From NCBI GenBank assembly GCA_951406725.2, contig OX597815.1:205654001-205718000 (forward strand): a stretch of DNA of 64,000 nucleotides, given 5' to 3'. Below are positions 1 through 11,367 of this stretch, piece after piece. The translations under genes and the position numbers were made by a program. The notes under the pieces are model-generated. The model did not search any database. It saw only the letters and a list, made by a program, of their open reading frames with translations, and was not told the DNA's origin. The stretch comes from Octopus vulgaris. Lineage: Eukaryota. Every line of letters starts with the position of its first letter. Within the stretch, counting starts at the first letter, position 1.

Positions 1-328
1 AAGATATTCTCTAGAATATGTTGATGGTGTGTAGTCTATTATATTCAAGTTTCATTTTCATATAGTAGAATGGATCATGCATAGCTTTAATAATCTTTTT
101 CCTGGTTTCTTGATGCTAATATGTTGGACATATTTTCAAATGATGTTTTTGCTATCTCAATCTTTTTACTGCTTTGATTGCACATACCCCAGATATAATT
201 TATTCTTGATGTCTATTCAACTATTTTCTTCTCAACTTTATAATATTCCAAATTATGCACAAATCAGATTAGACAGACCCTTTCACAATTGGGATGTATT
301 TATGAAATACATAAAACTATAAAAACTA

Positions 329-557
329 TGAGAGTCCAGTTTGCTGGACATTGTTGTAGAGCTGAAAACGAGGCAATTTCTACTCTGGAAGCCATCTACT
401 CGCAATACCAGAGGGCGCACACTCTCCTACCCTGATGTAATCTCCAGGGATACAGGCATCCAGCAACAGGACCTCCGTAATGCCATGATGGACCGTGAAG
501 TCTGGCGTAGCATGGTAAATTCCATTGTCTCGACCACGGTTGAACAATGATGATGAT
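329..557 (+). mobile_element. RTE-clade LINE 3' end, 5'-truncated
   Basis: FAGHCCR...LLWKP...GR...YPD.I.RDTG...LRNAMMDREVWR, followed by a (TGA)n tail. Confidence 0.8.
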
Positions 558-1037
558 AAAGACCCACAGAGATATAAGAAATGAGATCCCTTAAATTAGT
601 TGACAACACTGTACTAGAAATGCAGAGCCTCTTGTAAAAACTTGTAACAAAAAATCCCATTAATATAATAAGCATTACACACATAAACAGTATCACTGAC
701 CTCATCCACTGCCCCATCAGGTTATGCAAACTCAACATTCTAACAATTAGACATCATCATTGGAAGGAGACATCCATGCACTCAATACATCTTTGTTTCA
801 AATGGGACAGATTAAAGGTAGCAGATCATTGCAACCAAACTCCCTTTACATCCAAAATAATACACATTCGCCTCTCCAAGTCAATTAGAACTCTTTAGCC
901 AGACATCACCTTCTGTTCCACATACCTAGCTACCACAACCAGTTGCCAAACGATCCTTCAACTTTTGTCAGGTCACAAAGAATAAAGTAAAAACATTTTA
1001 ACACCTTTATAAACTTCAGAAAAGCCTACCAAGAAAC

Positions 1038-1257
1038 TTACTTGTTTCAGTCATTTGACTGTGGCCATGCTGGGGCACCGCCTTTAGTCGAGCAAATCGA
1101 CCCCAGGATTTATTCTTTGGAAGCCTAGTACTTATTGTATCGGTCTCTTTTGCCAAACTGCTAAGTATCGGGGGACGTAAACACACTATCATTGGTTGTC
1201 AAGCGATGTTGGGGGACACAGACACACATACATATATATATATATATATACACACAC

Positions 1258-1301
<44 letters not shown>

Positions 1302-1483
1302 GTATACACACATGTATATACGACAGGCTTCTTTCAGTTTCCGTCTACCAAATCCATTCATAAGGCTTTGGTCGGCCCAAGGCTATAGTAGAAGACACTT
1401 GCCCAAGGTACCATGCAGTGGGAATGAACCCGGAACCATGTGGTTCGTAAGCAAGTTACTTACCACACAGCCACTCCTACACC
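1038..1483 (-). mobile_element. tRNA-derived SINE (family A)
   Basis: A/B box head TGGCTGTGTGG...GGTTCATTCCC, CCTTGGGCAAGT core, internal (TA)n; near-identical copies elsewhere in the window. Confidence 0.85.
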
Positions 1484-2437
1484 CATAGATAAAAATGTTT
1501 TTCAGAATTCAACAAAGACCATCACAGACAATACAGTACATTCAGTTAAATATAAGAACCATGCAAAAACACATTCTATGAATCAAAATAAAACAATACA
1601 ACTCCAATTACGCATGAGAGATATCCAACCTCAAACACACCAACACACACATAACTGAAGTATGAAATATAGTTCAACATCAAAACAATTAACAAAACAA
1701 AATATGTACAAAACTGGAAAACATTTGTACCCAACATAATTTACCAAACAATTTAATATCATTGTTATGGAAGATATATCACATTCCAGGTCCCAATATC
1801 AACCCCAAATAATATACCTACACCCCAACACCAAGCAAATGCCCTTATCATAACATTCTTCAAAATCAGCCATAAACACCACATAATGAAGACCACTGCA
1901 ACTTACAAGCCACTAAATTAACTATATTGTTTGACAAACTTGCATTTAAAATTCCCACATTTTAAATCAAAACTTGTTAGTTACTATAGAGACTATTTTG
2001 TTTTCCTTCACACATACACTTTCCCTTATTTAACAACCTTTTCTCCTCCCCTTCCTCTAATAGAGCATGTGACAGACAGACAGAAAATCCCCCTCACTTT
2101 TATAATATAAGGTTATTATTAGAGAGTAACAAACTGTTTTTATTTATGTGCAAACCAATTTTCTTGTATGTACAGGTGTGACTGTAGTAAGAAATTTACT
2201 TTCCAACCACATGGTCCCAGTATTTTAGGAAAGTCTCCTCTTCTGCAGCCTTGTGAGTGGATTTAGTAGATGGAAACTTAAAGGGAGTCCATTGTACATG
2301 TATATACAAGGTGCATTCCAGAAGGACTTAGACTTTTTTCATTAAGAGAAGCAGTTATAATTATCTAATTTTATTGTAATTTTAGTATTTAATTAATATG
2401 CATCTAATAAGCTGACCTGCCAACTTTTTCATTCCAG

Positions 2438-2597
2438 ATAAAGATTATCCTAATGCTGGAGAGATGATTGGTGCTGTGTCTTCTATGAAATGGACACCTG
2501 ATGAAACAGCTCTGGCTATGTGCTGGCAACATGGTGGATTCTCACTCTGGAGTGTCTTTGGTGCTCTTTAAGTATGCACTCTGGGTGGCGATTATTG
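2438..2597 (+). pseudogene. RIC1: Orphan RIC1 (RAB6A-GEF partner) exon fragment with in-frame stop
   Basis: KDYPNAGEMIGAVSSMKWTPDETALAMCWQHGGFSLWSVFGAL*VCTLGGDY resembles, from memory, the RIC1 beta-propeller segment W.PD...W..GG.SLWSVFGA.L.CTLGGD. TAA at 2569-2571; donor GTAAGT at 2598; no other RIC1 exons recognised. Confidence 0.82.
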
Positions 2598-3145
2598 GTA
2601 AGTTTATGAGATTATTCTACTCCAAATTTATTTTCGTCATCCAGTGGGAAATAGTGTCTACTTTTCAGGCTGAGTGAAAAATTTTTGTTTAGTTTTGAGA
2701 GTTTTAGTTGTATCTCTAATTTAACTTAAGAGCCCCTATAGTATATGTGTGTAGTGGAAACTGGTTGAAATAAGAATTAGTCAAATAGGCTGGTCAAGAA
2801 GATTTGTAGGAGACTATTTTTCTCTTTTTTTAAGTTTTTCTCCATATTCACTTCTTTTAGTTTTTTTTTCTCTTGGAAATTTTACTCTAACTTCTATTCA
2901 TATTCTAAATGTGACTGTCAACCAAATGTACATTTGTTAGGAGGAGACTAGTGAGCAAGCAGAGACCACAAATTCTTTTCTTTTTTTTGAAAGAATTATA
3001 TTTGTGTAAACACTTTTAAGAAATCAGGAACATTAGGTCGTAGAAATATAATTTTACATTTCCTTGATAGTTCTTAGTCAGTGATACCCGTAAAATGTTT
3101 TCATGCTGGGTGAAAGATTTTAGAGATATAAAGTAAATGCTAAGG

Positions 3146-3960
3146 TCATCATCATCATCATCGTTTAACGTCCGTTCTCCATGCTAGCATGGGTTGGACG
3201 GTTCGACCGGGGATCTGGGAAGCCAGAAGGCTGCACCAGGCTCCGGTCTTATCTGGCAATGCTTCTACGGCTGGATGCCCTTCCTAACGCCAACCACTCC
3301 GTGAATGTTGTGGGTGTTTTTTACGTGCCACCTGCACTGGTGCCAGGCGAGGCTGGCATCGGCCACGGTCGGATTGGTGCATTTTATGGAAGCCAGTTGA
3401 GACGGCACTGGCTTCGGATGGTGCTTTTTACATACCACCGACACGGAAGCCATGCTCTTAAATATTTATCTAACAGCATGAGTGAGAACTCATTTAATGT
3501 AGAGAGGCAAACTTTGTTGCAGTAACACTAGATATACATTCCAACCATCCTGGTTTTAACAGAATGGGAGAAATTTTTTTAATGAGGCAATGACCAGTGA
3601 CTGAGAATTTTGGAAATATGCTGTGCTTGAGAAGACCTGGCAAGCCAAGTGAGACCATAACCTTGTGGCCTATGCTGGGGGTGTAACCAGCCCACTTATG
3701 TATACCTTTTCCTTCTTTGGACACTGCCTGCAAAGACCTGTCGAGGCAAGTGAAATCGGAATCGAAATCAAATTCTATGACTGGCATCCGTGCTAGTGGA
3801 GCACTAAGAGCACCATTCGAGTATTTTCGTTGCTAGAGCGGCTAACTGATGTTTGTGCCAGTGGCACATAAAAAGCACCATTCGAGCGTGATTGTTACCA
3901 GCGCCGCTTTACTGGCACTTGTGTCGGCGTGCAGGTGACATGTAAAAAAAAAGCGCCATT
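3146..3960. mobile_element. Two SINE-like retro-repeats (family C) inside the mariner
   Basis: (CAT)n tail and ctggatgcccttcctaacgccaaccactcc on the minus strand at 3146-3450; internal GTGGCAC.TAAAAAGCACC units at 3600-3960. Confidence 0.7.
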
Positions 3961-4419
3961 TGAGCATTTTGTGGAGGTTTTGAGGGAGTTCAAGAAGAGA
4001 TTTCATAGCAAAAGGTTAGAGCTCTTCCACTCGGGTCAGTGGCACCTGCACTAGTCCACAGTTCCATCCTGGTAACCAACTCCATAACAGAGATTGGCAT
4101 CAAAACTGCCCCCCTCACTCTCTCTACAGTCTAGACTTTACTCCCTGTGACTTTTGGTTGTTCCCTAAGCTGAAGAACCTCAGAAGCAGTCATTTTCGTG
4201 ATATTGAGAAGATGGTGGCTGCAACAAGGGCCCTAGACATCTTCACGTTGGAGGACTTCTATAAGGCCTTCACAAAATGACTGGAACACTACAAACAAGT
4301 GCATTAAAGTTGGAGTATCCTACTGTGCAAAAGATTAGTTTCGTATATTCTTTGAAATGAACAAATGTCTCTCCTGAAGAAGTCCAAATTTCTGGAATGC
4401 ACACTGTAATCTATCTACT

Positions 4420-4614
4420 CTTTTACTTGCTTCAGTCATTTGACTGCGGCCATGCTGGAGCACCGCCTTTAGTCGAGCAACTCGACCCCGGGACTTATTC
4501 TTTGTAAGCCCAGTACTTATTCTATCGGTCTCTTTTGCCGAACCGCTAAGTGACGGGGACATAACCACACCAGCATCGGTTGTCAAGCAATGCTAGGGGG
4601 ACAAACACACACAC

Positions 4615-4647
<33 letters not shown>

Positions 4648-4810
4648 TATACGACAGGCTTCTTTCAGTTTCCGTCTACCAAATCCACTCACAAAGCATT
4701 GGTCGGCCCGGGGCTATAGCAGAAGACACTTGCCCAAGATGCCACGCAGTGGGACTGAACCCGGAACCATGTGGTTGGTAAGCAAGCTACTTACCACACA
4801 GCCACTCCTG
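4420..4810 (-). mobile_element. tRNA-derived SINE (family A)
   Basis: Same sequence as 1038-1483; a more degenerate copy follows at about 4930-5180. Confidence 0.85.
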
Positions 4811-5749
4811 GTGATAGTTGTTGACAGGGCATCTAACCATTGAAAATCCACTTCAACAACTTCAGTCCAACCCATGCACACATGGAAAAGTGGTTGTTGA
4901 ACGATGACAATGATATGCTGTGTGATGCTAATATTTCTCTTTTGCCGAACCACTAAGTTATGGGGATGTAAACAAACCAACACCAGTTATCAAGCAGTGT
5001 CGTAGAGGGAAAAATACAAAAACACATGAGGATTTCTTTCAGTTTTCCTATGCCAAATCCACTCCCAAGGCTGTAGTTGGCCCAAGGCTATAGTAGAAGA
5101 CACCTGCCAAGGTGTCATGCAGTGAGACTGAACTCATAGTCATGTGGTTGGGAAGAAACTTTATACCATGCAGCTATACCCATTATTCAAAACTATTCTC
5201 TTGGTCAATTAGTTCCCCAATATTTTTTTTTGTTGTGGCAGATTCTTGACTTAGTGCAGTAAAACTTATGAAAACAGGTGGATGTACAAAAAGTTTAAAC
5301 AGGGTGTCAGAAACGGATTAAAAAAGGGACATAACATGGTTTATCTCCCTCTAAATTTTAGGTTACAAAGTCTATGAGCAATTCTTTTTATCTGTGTTTT
5401 ACAGAAAAAAACATTAATACAGTTCTGGAGTGACTATAACATGACAATGTGACATTTGCAATACAAATAAAAATTCATATTTGAAAGTTCCATAAACGGA
5501 AACAGTGTTCCTTGAATAAGACCAGCTTCTTTGATATTTCACAGTGAAGTTTTAAAGTAACTGGATTTTATTCCCAATCATTATGAAAATAAATGGTTAA
5601 AAATTGTTGGAAATATTTTATTAGATTAAGTTAGTAATACAGTATACAATAAAAGAAACACAAACATGTATCATTGTTTCGACTGAAAAACTGTCTTTCT
5701 AGAAACAAGAGACAAGGGTTTGAAAAATGTTCATTTTAAATACAAAACA

Positions 5750-8676
5750 TTTATTCACTTCCGTAATAATTACTGTGTATGTATGTGAGAGTGAAAAATC
5801 AAGAAATTCACTTTAACCTTAAAGTTCATCTTTTTAGACCAAAAGAAAAAAAGCAAGAGAAAAACTCGTACAAATTGCAGTTTTATTCTCAGACTAAAAA
5901 TGAAGTTATATAATTATAACAGAGTAGTAAGATGTCCAAATTGGTAGTTTGTTATCCTGGACTCTCTACTGTATCTAGTCTAGTAGCTCCTTGGAATCAA
6001 CAACATTTTAGTGGCAGCTTAATTATTTTTCTCTACATTATAAACCATAAAAGAATTAGAACTTTAAATATTGTTCTTAATAAAAAGTCTTCTGTGATTA
6101 CTTTATATATGTAGTAATTAATGTTGATAATTTAAGGCAAATGATTCTCAAGATAGGGATATAGTTTTAGTGATTTACATTTGCAGTATACAGTAATTCA
6201 TGAGCCACTAATATATTAATTATATGCTACGTACAACTTAAAAATTGCTCAAAAAGAATTTTAAACAAGAATACTAAAAATGTTGTTTAACTAATTGGTT
6301 CAGCTCAAAATACTAATAGAGATAATTGTCCAATTATTAAAAGTGACTACAGATTTCTTATCTAATAACATATTAGAGAGAGAATACTTATCTGAAAGAG
6401 AGAGTAAACATTAAGACATTTAGGTGTCAAAAGCTTTTGGAATGGTATAAAAAAAGTTTTTGCTGCTCTATAAACAACACGTATGAAGTTTTTGTGTAGA
6501 GCTTTTTGTATTTTTTAAAAACTTTTTGATACAAATACTGCAGATTATGACAAAATATGATTTCTTTTAATATACTGTGAAAATTGGTAAACTTTTCAAA
6601 CATGTCCTTCCGTCTGAGGAAAGTATTTTACAGTTAATAAAAAAACCCCATATAAATGATAAAATAACCTTCATTCCACAATCTGAAGTTAATGAAAGGG
6701 AAAATATTTACATCGATTACAAGTTGCAAAAACAGGGGAAACACAAATCACATGAGACAGAAGGATTTACTAAATAAGTAGCTTTAATATATTGATTCAT
6801 TATAAGCCTTAATGAGTAAATATGATCCTAAATACTTGTCTTTTACTTTCGAATATTTACCACTGAATAATTATAAGCAAACTAATTTATTTATAATTTC
6901 CAGTGTTATGGTGCAAAACTAGGCTGTGAATCTTAAGTGAAATTAACTGCTATGGATAGTTTCTTAGTGTTTGTAACTTGAGGCTATGGCCAGTGCTATT
7001 TCCTAGCAGACTAGGTGATTGCCTGAGACACTAAAGTCAAGGGTGCCATGTGCAACATACACAAATTTTTTTTTTTTGGGGATTTAATTAAAAACACAAA
7101 AACTTATAAAAGGGAGCAGGTGAAGTCACTGCTAGAACAAAAAATAGTTGGAAGACATGAGTGGGTTTGGCGAGAGGCTTGTGTGGTGTTAACGACCTGT
7201 TACATAGTTTAGCATAAAATATTTCAAATTTTGCTCGGTAGAAAATTTACTCAGTGATACACATGATCATAAAACTATAGATTTATTGTTCACAAGTTAA
7301 TTGTAAATTTTTAACTGCATTTTCAAGTTGGTGTAATGAGGGTGATGGCTGGAGGAGGAAGTAGAAAAAATTGAAATAGAAGACTCTCGTTGTAGGTTTG
7401 GGGGGAAGGGGGTGCATATTGTAGCACTGGCCTAGGGTGCTGGATACCCTGGCACTGGCCCTGCTTAATACAAAAAACATTCATTAGATTTTACTTTCTT
7501 GAAAATCATTTAAGACAACTAGATTTTGGGCTCATGCCTGGTCATATATAAATCTTGTTTTCCCAGATAGTGTGTAGCAAAGAAAAGAAACAAAGCATTT
7601 GTTATGATACAAAAAAGTTTTAGAAATGAATACAGTAAATAAGCAACCCAACAATGTTTTTACTTGCATTTGACAATAATTAAAAAATATATTGAAAATC
7701 TTCCATTATATATAAGTACACACACACACACTCACACAACATTTGTATGTTTGTGATTATACCAAGTGTACTAGAAAATGAAAAACAAACGAATTAAAAA
7801 GAACAAAACAAGGTCAAACACACAAAAATAACTACTTTAAATAAATGTTGACAATTTTTTTTCTTTATTAGGAATTTATTGGTTTTTCAGTATATGTTTA
7901 TAACAGACAATTGTATGCAATAGTCATGGATAGACCTAAGTTACAGACTAAATAACAAAGCTAAATAATGAAATTAAAATAAGTAATAAATCAAGAAAAT
8001 CTATTAATATCTGAACATCTAAGTAACATAAACTATCATAATTTATAATTATTTAAGAAAAGAAGAAAAATAGCACAAGAAAATGAAGGAAACAAAACAA
8101 AACAAAAACCCATTCACAGTCCACATTCTGGTGCACATTCTTTCAAGCAAGTTTTGAGTTCATATGCACAAAATAGAGATATGTGAAACAAAATGATGCA
8201 TTAATCTGAATTATAATTTACATTTTTTTCTGTATTATAAAGAAATTGGTTTGTAAAACTGAAAGAGATTATATATATTGACAATATATATATATATAAA
8301 AAGACAATAACTGCCTTGTTCCAATAATTCTAGCAGAACCAGTTTGGAGTTATATTTATTTTAAATAAAAAGTTGTAAAGCTAAATTCATCCATGTGCTG
8401 CAGACACAGAAGACTAAGAAATCCATCGAGAATATTTACATGCAATGAAAAACATAAAATTATAATTATTCATTCGTGTTCCCAATAATAACTGATGGAA
8501 TGAATTCCTTCCTATAAGCTGGAAAAACCTCATGAATCTTTTTTTTTTTTTTTATGTTCACATTTCAACTATTTTTTGTCTGCATAATATGATTATGTTG
8601 TTATTGAGTAGAAAGCCAATCCTCGACAGGGATGTTCAGTGCAGACAGACACTTGGAAGATATATTTCTTTCCTGT
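5750..8676 (-). other. Probable IQGAP 3' UTR with several candidate poly(A) signals
   Basis: SINE-poor, U-rich on the minus strand. AATAAA (minus) at 8355-8360, 7875-7880 and 7864-7869 (followed by a GT/T-rich tract), and 5750-5755. True end not determinable. Confidence 0.45.
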
Positions 8677-8790
8677 TCACCTGCCGTAAAATTTACGGTT
8701 CAGGAGAAATATCAGTAAATTGACATTCACTTTTGCACGGTTAAACATGTTCATTACAGCAACACCTTCATACTGCAGCTGGAGCAAATC
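8677..8790 (-). CDS. IQGAP1: IQGAP terminal coding exon with stop
   Basis: 114 nt, DLLQLQYEGVAVMNMFNRAKVNVNLLIFLLNRKFYGR*; TGA at 8679-8677. Confidence 0.97.
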   Translation of the reverse strand, partial: DLLQLQYEGVAVMNMFNRAKVNVNLLIFLLNRKFYGR

Positions 8791-8948
8791 CTAAAAGTAT
8801 AAAAAAAATAAATAATTTCAACACACAGTCATGATTAGCTTAAGATCCATCATTCTATACTGGCTAGAAATATAAGGGATCTTTGCCTCTTGACCGACAG
8901 ATTTAAAAAATAATTTTTTTGTAACTAAACACTTTCAAACTTCGGACT

Positions 8949-9386
8949 CTGGTAGAATGTGTCATATAAAACATCTTTTACTCTGAGCATTTTTGAGAAA
9001 AACTTATATTTACAAAGTTATTTCACGTTAAAGTTGTCGTATTTCGGTAATTTCAACCAATCAATGACGTGTATTCAGTTGAATAAAAATTACTGCCATT
9101 GTTTGTCAACAACAACTATTGGCGGTGTATTTTTCGTTTGTCACTGTTATTTATGACATCGTCCGTGCATTTGTACTAGTTTTAGCTTTAAGGTTTGTCA
9201 TGAATAACAGTGACAAACGAAATATACACCACCGGAAGTTCTTGTTGACAAACAACAGCAGTAATTTTATTCAGCTGAATACACATCATTGATTGGTTGA
9301 AATTACCAAAACAGGATAACTTTGTAAATATAAGTTTTTCTCAAAAATGCTAAGAGTAAAAGATGTTTTATGACACATTCTACCAG
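8949..9386. repeat. Long inverted repeat (fold-back MITE remnant)
   Basis: Arms of about 200 bp (8949-9158 and 9196-9386) are largely reverse-complementary. Confidence 0.88.
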
Positions 9387-9550
9387 TGGCCAAAATCAGA
9401 GAGGCTTGTTTATAAAACACTATTAGATTTTGTATTTATACTACAACTATTAAGTTAAGATCAGGCCAAAATGAACAATAAGCATGTTTAATATAAATTA
9501 TCTATCTGAAAATTGTTTGTGTGTAATTAAAGTTGTAATAATTAGTTTAA

Positions 9551-9759
9551 CTCTTTAGTATTTAAACCGGCCATAATATTTAATCTGTTTTATGTTCAAA
9601 CTGACCAGATCCAGGCTCTCACACCTACCCTACAATGTTATTCTACATTAGGTAATTACACCATCAAGATCTTGAAGATATGAGACAATGCATGATTAAT
9701 TCAAATCAATGTGAATCAATAAGCATTATGTTTGATAGAATATTCAGAACACTAAAGGG
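9551..9759. mobile_element. piggyBac-like MITE (second family)
   Basis: TTAA|CTCTTTAGT ... ACTAAAGGG|TTAA; related copies at about 20740-20840, 58380-58590 and 61078-61233. Confidence 0.75.
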
Positions 9760-9815
9760 TTAAAAAACACACACACACACACACAAAGACAGTTCTTTGA
9801 AATAACTTTTCTTAC

Positions 9816-9924
9816 CTGAAACACAAGTTCAACCTTTTCCATATGAACTCCTAAAAACTTGGCATTCACTTCAAAAACACCAGTCTTCTCGGTATTGGAA
9901 ATCTCAAAAAGAACATTCTTAAAC
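9816..9924 (-). CDS. IQGAP1: IQGAP penultimate exon
   Basis: 109 nt, FKNVLFEISNTEKTGVFEVNAKFLGVHMEKVELVFQ; CAG/GTAAGA. Confidence 0.96.
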
Positions 9925-10764
9925 CTGTAAGGTAAAAATAAAAAGTATACTTCATTAATAGTTACTTACCAGACATGTATTATCAACTTCATATTTCACT
10001 GTTAAAAACTCTACACAAATTGATATCTACACCAGTTTATTACTCTTGCAATGCCTAAGTGAAATGTGTGTGTGTGTGTGTGTGTGTCCTACAATAGCTA
10101 GACAAATGTTGATGTATTTGTATCCCTGTAATGTAGCAGTTGGTAAAAGACTGACAAAGTACAAGACTTGAAAAAAGTGCTGGAGTCAATTTATTTGACT
10201 AATAACTCTTCAGGTGGTGCCTCAGCATGGCTGCAGTCTAATAAAAGATATTCTCACATCAATATCTCAATGGTGTCTAGAAGATGGTTGCTAACCTCAT
10301 AGACATTGCTCTTTGATTCTCAGCAAAAATCCCATACCAACAGATCAATTATATATATAAGCAACTACTACCACAATTTTTAATCTTTCCTATCAATGTG
10401 CTATAGGAAAACCAACACAAATTAGACTAAACAAGGAAACATTCTTCATTGAAAAATATAAGCCCAAACTTAACCATTCTTATACAGAGAAACTCACCCC
10501 TTTAAAAAAAAAGGCAAGAAATATTAAGTGATTATCTCCCTTACACCGGAAGAAATCACTTATTACCTCCCCTTACCTGGAACTCTTCTTAATGAACGAA
10601 ATCATGTTTTGAGAAATTTGAAAAGTTATACACGAAACCGGTAATTTCTTCAAAAACTATGTTACTGTATGAAAAAAGTTTATAACATTCTTCTGACATA
10701 ATGACTCAAATATATATTTCTTAACCTTTTAAAACAAGCCTTCTGTAGTTTTTTCACTTTTTAC

Positions 10765-10796
<32 letters not shown>

Positions 10797-10799
10797 ATA

Positions 10800-10973
10800 G
10801 ATCAGTAGCCACTACACACATTTTTTTTCTCTCGTTTTTTTGTGTCCCTTTCTGTAAAAGAGCGTAGGCTCGAAATGTAAAAGACTTTTTCTATTCCTGA
10901 GCGTTATACTAATACATGTTTGTTTTGTACACCACCTGTCTTCGTCGTTTGGTTTTTTCGTGAACTCTCCCCC
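10800..10973 (+). mobile_element. Short Penelope-like 3'-end insertion with TSD
   Basis: Flanked by duplicated TATATAAACCCCATA; contains AAAGAGCGTAGGCTCGAAA, a degenerate hammerhead-like core. Related minus-strand copy at about 58866-59030. Confidence 0.5.
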
Positions 10974-11244
10974 TATATATAAACCCCATATAGCTAGTCT
11001 TTTCTTTTAATAAAGTAAGTCCTACAATGCAAAATCAGGATTTTGTTTTTAATTTTATAAAATTTTATTAATACTTTTTTCTTGAAAGAGTAGAGTCTGA
11101 CTACTCCAGGTCTTGATAAGTATTATATTACAGACTGTGAGCTAACATAAGTATTACTAACATTTGTATCACTGTCAAAGATCTAAGTCAGCTGCAAAAG
11201 TTTGTTGTAATGTAACATCTATGAATAATAATCAGTGAACTTAC

Positions 11245-11367
11245 TGGTTGACAGCCAAATCTTCTATTTCCAAAATCAAGCCCTTCTCATAAAGCTGGGC
11301 AGCACTGTATTTCACAGTGATCAGATTGTCATCTTTACGAAACAGGGTAAAAGACCTTGATTTGCGA
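11245..11367 (-). CDS. IQGAP1: IQGAP exon, RasGAP C-terminal domain
   Basis: 123 nt, ...TVKYSAAQLYEKGLILEIEDLAVN; CAG/GTAAGT. Confidence 0.95.

Larger units (their letters stand above)
2307..4406 (+). mobile_element. Degenerate Tc1/mariner element with internal foreign DNA
   Basis: TA-flanked TIRs CAAGGTGCATTCCAGAA and (reverse complement) CAGTGTGCATTCCAGAA, 15/17 match. Transposase remnant 3962-4338: FVEVLREFKKRF..., GQWHLH*, HSLYSLDFTPCDFWLFPKLK (cf. mariner HPPYSPDLAPxDF). Confidence 0.85.

Noticed and set aside
560-2050. AC-rich stretch that looks like decayed retroelement coding sequence
   Set aside because: No motif could be read with enough confidence to assign a family.
2569-2571. 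Rescue of the RIC1 TAA by A-to-I editing (UAA to UGG)
   Set aside because: It needs two edits and gives Trp where Leu is expected, and no other RIC1 exons are visible. Pseudogenisation is simpler.
9970-9998. 29-nt AG..GTAAGT block
   Set aside because: Frame-shifting, and it would leave only a 45-nt intron.
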